Source: an uncultured candidate division Zixibacteria bacterium (lineage in GTDB: Bacteria > Zixibacteria > MSB-5A5 > GN15 > FEB-12). From it: a stretch of 64,000 nt of DNA. Positions 51,184 through 60,027 of the stretch are shown here, piece by piece (position 1 is the stretch's first letter; each line of letters opens with the position of its first letter). The notes under the pieces were generated by a model. It saw only the letters and a list, made by a program, of their open reading frames with translations. It searched no databases and had not been told where the DNA came from. The stretch covers positions 2,560,001 through 2,624,000 of the forward strand of contig OY760907.1 of the NCBI GenBank assembly GCA_963664195.1, given 5' to 3'. The position numbers were made by a program, and so were the translations under genes.

Positions 51184-52551
51184 TCAATAATCCATAAACG
51201 GCAATAACTCAAGACCGTGCAGTAGTACTGCCAGCACAGCCAGCGGTGTGATGAACTTCAAGATGAACATCGTTGTTTTGTACAGCGCGCCGGAGGAGCC
51301 AAACTCCTCCGCCCGAATGTCGGATCTTATCACCCAGGCCACGAATATACAGATGAGCAATCCCCCAAACGGCAGCATGTAGTTCGACGCGATAAAATCG
51401 AAGATATCAAAGAAGCTCTGGTCGGCACCCCTGAAAGGCACTTTAAGCGAGTCTACGGCACATAGAACGCCAAGTCCCCATATCACACCGCCCATGACCA
51501 GTGTGGCCGGAGTGCGCTTCCAACCGCGTTCATCTATGAGATAAGACACGACTACCTCAAGCAGAGAAATCGTCGAACTCAACGCCGCGAATGCCAGCAG
51601 TATGAAGAACGGGATCGACACGAGCCGTCCGGTCTCCACAAACAGCACTGGAAGCGTTTCGAAAATCAATCCCGGACCGGCGTTCGGTTCCACTCCATAC
51701 GAGAACACCAGTGAGAAGATGGCGATACCGGCCAGAAGCGCTATCACCGTGTCCAAGATTGAAATCGTTACAGCATCCCGAACAATGCTCGTGTCTCGCC
51801 GCATGTAGCTTCCGTAAGTAATCATCGCCCCCATTCCCACCGAGAGAGTGAAGCAGGCGTGGCCGAGGGCTGACAGAACTCCCTCCGCACTGAGTTTTGA
51901 GAAATCCGGTTCAAAGAGAAATGAAAGCGCACGATCACCGCCGTTGGTGGCAAACAGGCCGTAGAGTACCAAGCCGGTAAGCAGCACGAGCAGGGCGGGC
52001 ATGAGAACGCGGGTACAGCGCTCGATCCCCTGTTTGATGCCCCCGAGGACGATGACTATTGTCAGCAGCATGAAAAGTGTATGCCACAGGGCTGAGGAAT
52101 ACGGGTCGGCAACAAAAGCGTCATATTGTGCGTTAATCTGGCTTGCGTTGCCCTCAAACCCCGAGATTGCTCTTATGATGTAGGAGAGAACTCGTCCTGA
52201 GACAACGCTATAGAAGGCGAGGATCGTGAAAGCGGCAGCCACTCCCAGCCAACCGGCGCCCTGCCAGGGGGAACCTTTGCGGTGAAGTTTCTGGAACGCA
52301 CCGACCGGGTTTTCCTGTGTGCGGCGACCGATAATCAACTCCGAGATCATCAGCGGGAGTCCGACAAGAGCAACACATCCGAGATACACGAGTACAAACG
52401 CTCCCCCTCCGTAGACGCCGGCGATGTAGGGGAATTTCCAGATGTTGCCGAGTCCTACCGCCGAGCCGGCGGCGGCGAGGACGAACCCGTAGCGGCTGGA
52501 CCAGTGTCCTCGAGTATCGGTCGTATTGGTGGGTTGGAATTGATCGGCCAT
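51184..52551 (-). CDS. Sodium-dependent transporter, NSS (LeuT-like) family
   Basis: WSSRYGFVLAAAGSAVGLGNIWKFPY, GGGAF, TYGSY; GGAGAG RBS before ATG 52551. Confidence 0.96.
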   Translation of the reverse strand: MADQFQPTNTTDTRGHWSSRYGFVLAAAGSAVGLGNIWKFPYIAGVYGGGAFVLVYLGCVALVGLPLMISELIIGRRTQENPVGAFQKLHRKGSPWQGAGWLGVAAAFTILAFYSVVSGRVLSYIIRAISGFEGNASQINAQYDAFVADPYSSALWHTLFMLLTIVIVLGGIKQGIERCTRVLMPALLVLLTGLVLYGLFATNGGDRALSFLFEPDFSKLSAEGVLSALGHACFTLSVGMGAMITYGSYMRRDTSIVRDAVTISILDTVIALLAGIAIFSLVFSYGVEPNAGPGLIFETLPVLFVETGRLVSIPFFILLAFAALSSTISLLEVVVSYLIDERGWKRTPATLVMGGVIWGLGVLCAVDSLKVPFRGADQSFFDIFDFIASNYMLPFGGLLICIFVAWVIRSDIRAEEFGSSGALYKTTMFILKFITPLAVLAVLLHGLELLPFMDY

Positions 52552-52804
52552 GTGCACTCTCCAGGCTTCGATAAAGTCAGGACTACAGAATTCGTCGCGC
52601 TCAGGTGGGAGTCGCACGTCGGTACTCCCCCAAACCGACAGTGCTGGATCGTCATCCCGTGTAATCACTCAAGAAAAAGAGTGGTGCCGTTAAGTGTCAA
52701 CTAATAAAGCCAGAGTTCAAAACCGCTTTTTTAGTTTGACAGGAGTATAACTGGAAAATACGTTTGGGACATTGTAGTGCGACTAACATTCGAAGGGACT
52801 CGAC

Positions 52805-53455
52805 ATGAAACGTACGTTCATCATTGCGACTATTCTTCTGGTATTTGCATTCGCCGTTCCTACCTCACAGGCGGCTGTGGGCACGGCTTTTGGCGCGCTT
52901 TCCACAGCTCAGCCGATAGGACAGGGAGCAGGTGATTTCGGTTTTGGCCTTGGCCTGGGAGATGCCACTACTTTCATGGGTACATTTACGTACGGCATGT
53001 CGAAGTACACCAACGGTCGGTTGAAACTGGGGCTGTTTGACCCCGATGGTGGCGATGCCAAATTCGTTTTTGGTGCCGACTTTGCCTGGCAGTTGTTCTC
53101 GGCCAACGCGGAGCACAACAGACCGGTTGATCTGGCTTTCGGCGGCTTGTTTGAGTACTGCGATTTTGGTGGCGCCTCAATAATGCAGATCGGCGGGTTC
53201 AGTACTGCTGCGTACCCGATGACCATGAAGAACGGTCAGCAGTTAATACCTTACGCCCGGTTCAATCTGCGGATTGAGAGACTCACCTTCGATTTCCCGG
53301 CCGGCGTCACTGTCGACGACTCCGAGAGCAATCTGGAAATCGGCCTCAACGGTGGCGTCAAATGGCAGGCGACGAGCAGCATGTCGTTTTATGGCGAGTT
53401 TCAGCTCGACGGTAACGACGGTCTGTTCCTTGGCATGGACCTGAACGTGATGTAG
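52805..53455 (+). CDS. Outer-membrane beta-barrel protein, unknown function
   Basis: Signal peptide (SQA), alternating aromatic/Gly strands; TTGACA-17nt-TACGTT upstream (52736-52764). Confidence 0.7.
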   Translation: MKRTFIIATILLVFAFAVPTSQAAVGTAFGALSTAQPIGQGAGDFGFGLGLGDATTFMGTFTYGMSKYTNGRLKLGLFDPDGGDAKFVFGADFAWQLFSANAEHNRPVDLAFGGLFEYCDFGGASIMQIGGFSTAAYPMTMKNGQQLIPYARFNLRIERLTFDFPAGVTVDDSESNLEIGLNGGVKWQATSSMSFYGEFQLDGNDGLFLGMDLNVM

Positions 53456-53516
53456 ATTTCTCGGCGTGGGCGGTAATTCTGCCGCCCACGAACCTTCTTT
53501 GCGGACCACCCTCTAC

Positions 53517-54290
53517 ATGTCCTATCTTGACGCCATACTCCTTGGAATTCTTCAGGGGCTTACCGAGTTTCTTCCCGTCTCATCATCTGGACACCTTGTC
53601 CTCGCGGAGCATATTCTGGGTGTGAAGGCTTCCGGGCTGACGTTTGAATTGCTGGCCCATGCCGGTACGTTATTGGCCGTGCTCGTGTTCTTCAGAAGGC
53701 AGGTGTGTGAGTTGGTACGGGCCTGCTTCACGCCATCGATGCGAGAAGAACGTCGTATGGTCATGCTGCTGATTATCGGGACGATCCCGGCCGGGCTGGC
53801 CGGCTCGTTTCTGGAGAAGTTCTTTGAGGATGCCTTTTCCAATCCACTCGTGACATCCTGCATGTTACTTGCCACCGGCGCTCTTCTGTTGTCCACGCGA
53901 TTTGTCCCCAAGAGGGAAGAGAAAGTGACAAGAAAGTCGGCTCTGTTGATGGGGCTGGGACAAGCGGTGGCAATCATGCCCGGTGTTTCCCGCTCCGGCA
54001 GCACGATTGCCGTCGGCATGCTGCTGGGTGTGCACCCGTCGAAAGCGGCCGAGTTCTCTTTCCTTCTGGCCATTCCGGCGATTGCGGGCGCACTGGTGCT
54101 CAGATCCCGTGAGTTGCTCGCGATGGATGCCGGACGCCTCGGTGTCTATCTGACAGGGACCTTCTTTGCCTTTGTGTTTGGTCTGTTGGCTGTGTATGTT
54201 GTGTTGAGCGCGATTCGTAAAGGGAAGTTCGAGTATTTCGCGTATTACTGTTTTGCTGTCGGTCTGATAGGACTGTATCTGTTTATCTAA
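53517..54290 (+). CDS. uppP: Undecaprenyl-diphosphate phosphatase
   Basis: QGLTEFLPVSSSGH, PGVSRSGSTI, AAEFSFLLAIP. Confidence 0.97.
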   Translation: MSYLDAILLGILQGLTEFLPVSSSGHLVLAEHILGVKASGLTFELLAHAGTLLAVLVFFRRQVCELVRACFTPSMREERRMVMLLIIGTIPAGLAGSFLEKFFEDAFSNPLVTSCMLLATGALLLSTRFVPKREEKVTRKSALLMGLGQAVAIMPGVSRSGSTIAVGMLLGVHPSKAAEFSFLLAIPAIAGALVLRSRELLAMDAGRLGVYLTGTFFAFVFGLLAVYVVLSAIRKGKFEYFAYYCFAVGLIGLYLFI

Positions 54291-55847
54291 ATGCGGACAA
54301 AGATTCTGGTCGTAAGGTTCGGGTCACTCGGCGATGTTATCCTCACTTCGCCGGCCGTGCTCAACTTCAAACTGAATTACCCCGGCTGCCGACTGGTGTA
54401 TCTCACCAAAGAGCGTTTTCGTTCTGTGGTCGAAATGATCGACGGTGTCGATGAGATATTTACGATTCCTGACCACGCTTCAGGCATTCAGCTGTACAAA
54501 TCTCTGCTGCAGCTCGACGACTACGGGTTTGACATTGTTGTCGACCTGCACGGCAATTTTAGATCATGGTTCACGAGGAAGATCGTTACGGCCAGTCACA
54601 AGCCGGTCTATCCCAAACGACGAGCGGAGCGCGTTCGAGCCGTCAAAGCGACAGTCCAGCCAACAGGCTACCTCCACACGATTGATCTCTACAACGATAC
54701 TTTCAGGCAACTTGGCCGCGAGGTGTACTGCCGTCGCCCTTTGTTGAGAGCGCCGCGAGGTGAGGCCGAGGAACGTCCGACAGTTGTCATCGCGCCCGGA
54801 GCAGCGCATGCCAACAAGCAGTGGCCCGTGGAGCGGTTCGCACAGGTGGCCGAGCGACTGCACGTATCGCACGACGCACGTATCGTGTGGGCGGTTACAT
54901 CGGCTGATGCCGGCGGCCACGATCTCGACAACAGGCTTCCCGCCGACGATTTCACCGAATTGATCGATATGGCTCTGCCGGAGTTGGCTTCAAGGATCGC
55001 CGACGCCTCACTGACAATTGCCAACGACTCAGGGATAGCTCACCTGTCATCGGCTGTCGGAACGCCGGTGGTGGCGGTATTCGGATCAACACATCCGGTT
55101 CTGGGATTCGCGCCGAGGGGTTTGCACGATCGAGTGATGGAAGTTGAGGAGCCGTGCCGCCCCTGCTCGCTTCACGGGGGCAGACCCTGCCATCGTGAAG
55201 AGCGATATTGTTTCACGAGAGTAACGTCGCGGGCAGTGGCTGAGGCCGCTGCGGAGATTCTGAGCGCGCGCGCGAACGAGTCTCCGGCGCTGTTCATCGA
55301 CCGCGACGGTACTATCATCGTTGATAAGGACTATCTGGCCGATCCGGGCGGAGTGGAATTGATCTCCGGTTCAGCCAGGGCGATTAAGCTGGCTCGCGAT
55401 GCCGGCTATAAGATTGTGATCGTCACCAACCAGTCAGGCGTCGCGCGCGGATTTCACAGCATCAAGGATGTCGAGCATACCAATGCCCGAGTACTCGAGG
55501 TTCTGGCTGCGGAGGGGGCAGAGGTCGATGGTTTGTATTACTGTCCGCATCATGCTCGCGAAGGCCTCGTAGCCAAGTATGCGGTGCCCTGCAACTGTCG
55601 CAAACCGCGCGCGGGGATGGCCGAGGAGGCAGCCCTGCAACTCGGGATTAATCTTCGAGAATCAGTGATGATAGGCGATTCGAGCGTGGATCTGGGATTC
55701 GGGAGGGTTTTCGGCGGTCGCTCGCTTCTGGTGCGCACCGGCTACGGTCTTGAAGTCGAGCAAGAGCTGCTGAAGCGGGGGGACAAGCAGTGGGAAGTCT
55801 TTGACGACCTGCTTGCGGCTGTGGGGGCATTGCCCTCGATTTCCTGA
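54291..55847 (+). CDS. Fusion: GT9 heptosyltransferase-like domain + GmhB-like HAD phosphatase
   Basis: N: SLGDVIL, PGA..ANKQWP, NDSGIAH; C: FIDRDGTI, TNQSG, YCPHH...CNCRKP, MIGD. Confidence 0.9.
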   Translation: MRTKILVVRFGSLGDVILTSPAVLNFKLNYPGCRLVYLTKERFRSVVEMIDGVDEIFTIPDHASGIQLYKSLLQLDDYGFDIVVDLHGNFRSWFTRKIVTASHKPVYPKRRAERVRAVKATVQPTGYLHTIDLYNDTFRQLGREVYCRRPLLRAPRGEAEERPTVVIAPGAAHANKQWPVERFAQVAERLHVSHDARIVWAVTSADAGGHDLDNRLPADDFTELIDMALPELASRIADASLTIANDSGIAHLSSAVGTPVVAVFGSTHPVLGFAPRGLHDRVMEVEEPCRPCSLHGGRPCHREERYCFTRVTSRAVAEAAAEILSARANESPALFIDRDGTIIVDKDYLADPGGVELISGSARAIKLARDAGYKIVIVTNQSGVARGFHSIKDVEHTNARVLEVLAAEGAEVDGLYYCPHHAREGLVAKYAVPCNCRKPRAGMAEEAALQLGINLRESVMIGDSSVDLGFGRVFGGRSLLVRTGYGLEVEQELLKRGDKQWEVFDDLLAAVGALPSIS

Positions 55848-56035
55848 CCCGGGGAGACTCAGGGCGGTGACGAACCTTGCTGCGAGGAGAGTCAACTTTA
55901 TGTCCTGCATGCCGATACAGTCAACTAAGAGCCTCGGCCCCGGGCCGGTAGAATTGATCGTAAACGCAGACCGGAACTGCCTCGTCTTCTATAATGTTAA
56001 TGAGCATGTATCAGCATAAATTCCTTGGACTTAGT

Positions 56036-58846
56036 ATGATTCGAGTCGGGTCACAGACAATCGTGAGATATCTCATTGGAGCCGCCTTGGGCATTGCTCT
56101 GTTTGCGATCCTGACTCCCGATATCCAAGCCCAATACTATTTCGGCAAGAACAAAGTCCAGTACGACAGTTTTGACTGGCAGGTGATGACCACCGAGCAC
56201 TTCAAAATCTACTTCTATACGGACGAGGAAGAGATTGCTCACATCGGAGCGCAGATCGCCGAGGAAGCCTACGACCCGCTCGCAGCCAAATTCAACCATG
56301 AGGTCAAACGTAAAATCCCGCTTATTCTGTATTCGGCCCCGAAGTATTTTGCTCAAACCAACGTCACCGCCGGCATGCTGCCGGAATCAGTAGGTGGCTT
56401 CACTGAATTCTTGAAGGGACGAGTGGTCGTCCCGTACCACGGCTCCTATTTCGATTTCAAGCACGTCATCACCCACGAACTGGTGCACGTGTTCACGCTG
56501 TCCAAACTCGCCGAACAGGCGAGCCGTCGCGGCATCCCCCGCCAGGTTTATCCGCCCCTGTGGTTTATAGAGGGTATTGCGGAATACTGGTCCGAGGATT
56601 GGGACACCGAAGCTGACATGATGATCAAGGATATGGTTCTTAACGGTCAGTTGCTGTCTATCCCTGAATTCTGGCGTGTGCACGGCAGCTACTTTATGTA
56701 CAAGCTGGGACAGTCGGTCTGTCAGTTTATCAACGATGAGTACGGTCCCGACAAACTCACGTACATGTTTGAGAACTGGACTCGCGGACGCACATTTGAG
56801 AAGATTGTCGAACATGCGCTCGGAGACGATCTTGCCGAATTGTCGCGCAAATGGGAATACTCGTTGCAGAAACGGTATTTCCCGGAGATGGACAGCCTCG
56901 GTTTTCCTGATATGGAGTCGGAACGGCTGACATATGATCGCTACTGTGTGAAGGGGGTCCCGATCAACTGGGACGACGGCAAGGGCACCGATGAATGGCT
57001 GGTGTACATGGCCTTCCGTCGCGGTTACACGGGACTATACCTGAAACCAAGAGCGAAGAACGACAAAGGCCGCAAGACCCTGGTCAAGGGTGAGACCTCG
57101 GTGAAGTTCGAGTCCCTGTATATGCTGCGCTCCGGTATTGATGCGACAGATTCAGGACTGGTAGTGTTTTCCTCCAAGTCCAAGGGCAAGGATATTGTTT
57201 ACATATACGACCTCAATGAGATGAAGATTACTGGCGAGCACGTGATCGACGGTCTGGTTGCTGTTCGATCTCCCCGTTTTTCTCCAGATCAGACACAGAT
57301 CGCCTTCACCGGCATCAAGGTGAGCGGGCATTCTGACATTTACCTGCTGAACCTTAGTACAGGCATGTATCAGTCGGTTACCGACGACATCTACAACGAT
57401 CTGGACCCAACCTTCACCCTGGATGGCGGTCGGCTGTTGTTTGCCTCCGACCGTTCCGCTGAAGGAAAACGTGGCGCTTCAAACCTGTTTGAGGTCGATC
57501 TGCAGGACCACGCTATTCGGCAGTTGACCTGGGGCGACTATCAGGACCAGACTCCGGATGCGACGGAAAATGGGATTTACTTCTCATCGAATCGGGCTGA
57601 CTCGTACAACCTGTTCCTGTTGGACAACGACGGTCGGATAACCAGACAGTCCACCTATGCGACCGGGGCGCTCGACCCGAGGCTTTCCTCTGACGGCGCC
57701 ACGCTCACGTACTCCGGCTATCAGAATATGAAGTTTCAGGTCTACCAGATGGACCTGACTCCGGAGCCGGAGCCGATGCAAATCGCGGACGCTCAGGCGG
57801 CAGAAGCAAGCTGGGAGCCGTCGAAGATCGACGTCGAATACCGGAACGCCTCTGTCAAGTACGACGTTGACTACTCGCTTGATATCGCGCAGTCGATGAT
57901 CGCGTATGATCCCATCTACGGGTCGGTCGGCGGAATTCAGGTCGCGCTCTCCGATGTTCTCGGCGACCATTCGTATTACATACTTCTCACAAATACGGCC
58001 GATACCAAGGATGAGTTTCTGTCGTCGTTTAATGTTGGCGTGACCTACATCAACCGCAAAAAACGAATCAACTGGGGTATCGGTGCCTTCCATTTGTACG
58101 ACGAGTATTTCAACGATGCCGATCAGTATTACTATCAGCGTCAGGCAGGAGCCATCGGGCTGGTAAGCTACCCGGTATCCAAATTCAGCCGATTCGATGT
58201 GACGACGTTTGTTCGTCATGAGCACAAAGATCGACGCTACGGACTTCAAGACCGTAAGGGATTCGTGGCAACCAGTCACTTGAGCTGGGTGTACGACAAC
58301 TCGATCTGGGATATCTCGGGACCGATTGAAGGGCGTCGATATAATCTGTCGGTCGGCTTCACGCACTCGTTCACCGAGGGACGAGGATTCAATCGGGTTG
58401 CTTTCGCCGATATTCGTCACTACTTCCGGCTCGGCTCGGCATCCGCTTTCGCCAACCGGTTGTACGGGTTCACTTCGAGTGGTGTGGAACCGCAACGAGT
58501 GTATTTTGGCGGGAGTTGGTCGTTTCGTGGCTACGACCGACGTGCGTTCTACAATCGCAACATTATCTTTGCGTCCAACGAGCTTCGGTTCCCGCTGATA
58601 GACGCCCTGCTAATCGGCTTCCCGATTGGAGGACTCGGATTCCAGGGGATACGGGGAGCCTTGTTTTTTGACGTCGGATCGGCCTGGGATGATGAATACG
58701 GCGAGCTTCTCGGCTCCTACGGAGCAGGTTTCAGAGTGGGGCTGGGATACCTTGTGGTTCTCCGGTTTGACTTTGCGAAACGAACCGATTTCGAGACATC
58801 CAGTCCGGGGTGGGATTTTGACTTCTTCTTCGGTTGGAATTTCTGA
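56036..58846 (+). CDS. Omp85/BamA-type barrel with N-terminal zinc-peptidase-like domain and TolB/PD40 propeller
   Basis: Signal peptide then FGKNKVQY; HELVH...WFIEGIAEY; SPD/SSDG PD40 repeats; FRGY loop motif; ends FFFGWNF. Start uncertain (55994-56036). Confidence 0.85.
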   Translation: MIRVGSQTIVRYLIGAALGIALFAILTPDIQAQYYFGKNKVQYDSFDWQVMTTEHFKIYFYTDEEEIAHIGAQIAEEAYDPLAAKFNHEVKRKIPLILYSAPKYFAQTNVTAGMLPESVGGFTEFLKGRVVVPYHGSYFDFKHVITHELVHVFTLSKLAEQASRRGIPRQVYPPLWFIEGIAEYWSEDWDTEADMMIKDMVLNGQLLSIPEFWRVHGSYFMYKLGQSVCQFINDEYGPDKLTYMFENWTRGRTFEKIVEHALGDDLAELSRKWEYSLQKRYFPEMDSLGFPDMESERLTYDRYCVKGVPINWDDGKGTDEWLVYMAFRRGYTGLYLKPRAKNDKGRKTLVKGETSVKFESLYMLRSGIDATDSGLVVFSSKSKGKDIVYIYDLNEMKITGEHVIDGLVAVRSPRFSPDQTQIAFTGIKVSGHSDIYLLNLSTGMYQSVTDDIYNDLDPTFTLDGGRLLFASDRSAEGKRGASNLFEVDLQDHAIRQLTWGDYQDQTPDATENGIYFSSNRADSYNLFLLDNDGRITRQSTYATGALDPRLSSDGATLTYSGYQNMKFQVYQMDLTPEPEPMQIADAQAAEASWEPSKIDVEYRNASVKYDVDYSLDIAQSMIAYDPIYGSVGGIQVALSDVLGDHSYYILLTNTADTKDEFLSSFNVGVTYINRKKRINWGIGAFHLYDEYFNDADQYYYQRQAGAIGLVSYPVSKFSRFDVTTFVRHEHKDRRYGLQDRKGFVATSHLSWVYDNSIWDISGPIEGRRYNLSVGFTHSFTEGRGFNRVAFADIRHYFRLGSASAFANRLYGFTSSGVEPQRVYFGGSWSFRGYDRRAFYNRNIIFASNELRFPLIDALLIGFPIGGLGFQGIRGALFFDVGSAWDDEYGELLGSYGAGFRVGLGYLVVLRFDFAKRTDFETSSPGWDFDFFFGWNF

Positions 58847-60027
58847 TGCTCAGAATTCAGAGAATCATACTGCTGTGCCTGCTCTTGTGTCTTGTCTCCT
58901 GTGGCAAGAAATACCGTCTTCATGAAGAGGATATCTCTGAAACGTCGATCTGGCCTTACTCGCGGGGAGAGGCATCGGCGCTCGGATCGGCCGAAAACGC
59001 GCGTTTTGCGGGCCGTCTGGGGTTTGTCTGGGAATCCGGTATGAATGGCAAGCCGGCCGGACCGCCCGCGTTGTACCACAACACCATAGTATGTCCTGAA
59101 AACCGGAAGAGAATCTGTTTCTGGAACCGCGAAACAGGCCAAAACCTTGGGCGAGTTAAGATTAAAGGAATCCCCTATAGCGGCGTCGTCATCAGCGGTC
59201 AGACCGCTTTTGTCGCTGCAGGGCCGAAACGAAACGAGTTGCTGGCCTACGATCTGGTAGGCCGTAACACGCTGTGGGAACTTCCGCTAAGGGATGCCAA
59301 CGCCGGTCCGATACTAATTAATAGCCGTTTGTTGGTTAGCACACGCGGAGGTACGCTCATGGCGGTCTCCCCGGACGACGGCAGCAGGGATTGGACATTC
59401 AGAACTGACGATCGCTTTACGGCTTCGGCCAGTGTCGGCGATGGTCGGATATTCCAGCCCGCGGATAACGGACGCCTGTATGCAGTTTCGGTCGATGACG
59501 GCAGGGAACTGTATCGGATTGATCTGGAAGGACCAATCGTTGGCGTGCCTGCCGTTACGAATCGTGTCTACACCGCGGACGTGACAGGTAGCGTGTATGC
59601 ACTGGAGCCTGCGACCGGCGAAATCGTCTGGGAGCAGCACGTTGGTCATCCGGTCTGGACGTCGCCGGCGGTTGCGCATGGGCGATTGTTTGTCGGGCAT
59701 TCAGACGGCGGAGTTGTTGCGCTCGACGCTCTCACGGGTGAGCAATTGTGGACCTTCGACGCCGTGGAGGTTGTCAGAGCGTCGCCGCTGGCCGTCGGAC
59801 AGTATGTGGTTGTTGCCACCATGGGTGGCCATGTGTACGTGATCGGTGCCGACAGCGGTGAAGTTGTCGACTCGACCGAGGTCAAAGGCGGAGTTTTGTA
59901 CCCACCGATAACCGACGGCACACGGGTGTATGTGACAACCCAGGCAGGGAAAATCGTTTGTTTCGGAGAGAATGATGAGCAAGTCAGTACAGCGGATCAA
60001 GGAATCAACGCTCAGCACGAACCTTAA
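58846..60027 (+). CDS. PQQ-like beta-propeller lipoprotein (BamB-like)
   Basis: Lipobox LVSC; repeated YAL..TG...W blades; ATG overlaps the upstream TGA. Confidence 0.85.
   Translation: MLRIQRIILLCLLLCLVSCGKKYRLHEEDISETSIWPYSRGEASALGSAENARFAGRLGFVWESGMNGKPAGPPALYHNTIVCPENRKRICFWNRETGQNLGRVKIKGIPYSGVVISGQTAFVAAGPKRNELLAYDLVGRNTLWELPLRDANAGPILINSRLLVSTRGGTLMAVSPDDGSRDWTFRTDDRFTASASVGDGRIFQPADNGRLYAVSVDDGRELYRIDLEGPIVGVPAVTNRVYTADVTGSVYALEPATGEIVWEQHVGHPVWTSPAVAHGRLFVGHSDGGVVALDALTGEQLWTFDAVEVVRASPLAVGQYVVVATMGGHVYVIGADSGEVVDSTEVKGGVLYPPITDGTRVYVTTQAGKIVCFGENDEQVSTADQGINAQHEP

Noticed and set aside
50764..51190. Several short ORFs between sbcD and the NSS transporter
   Set aside because: They overlap palindromic repeats and have no RBS or protein-like motifs.
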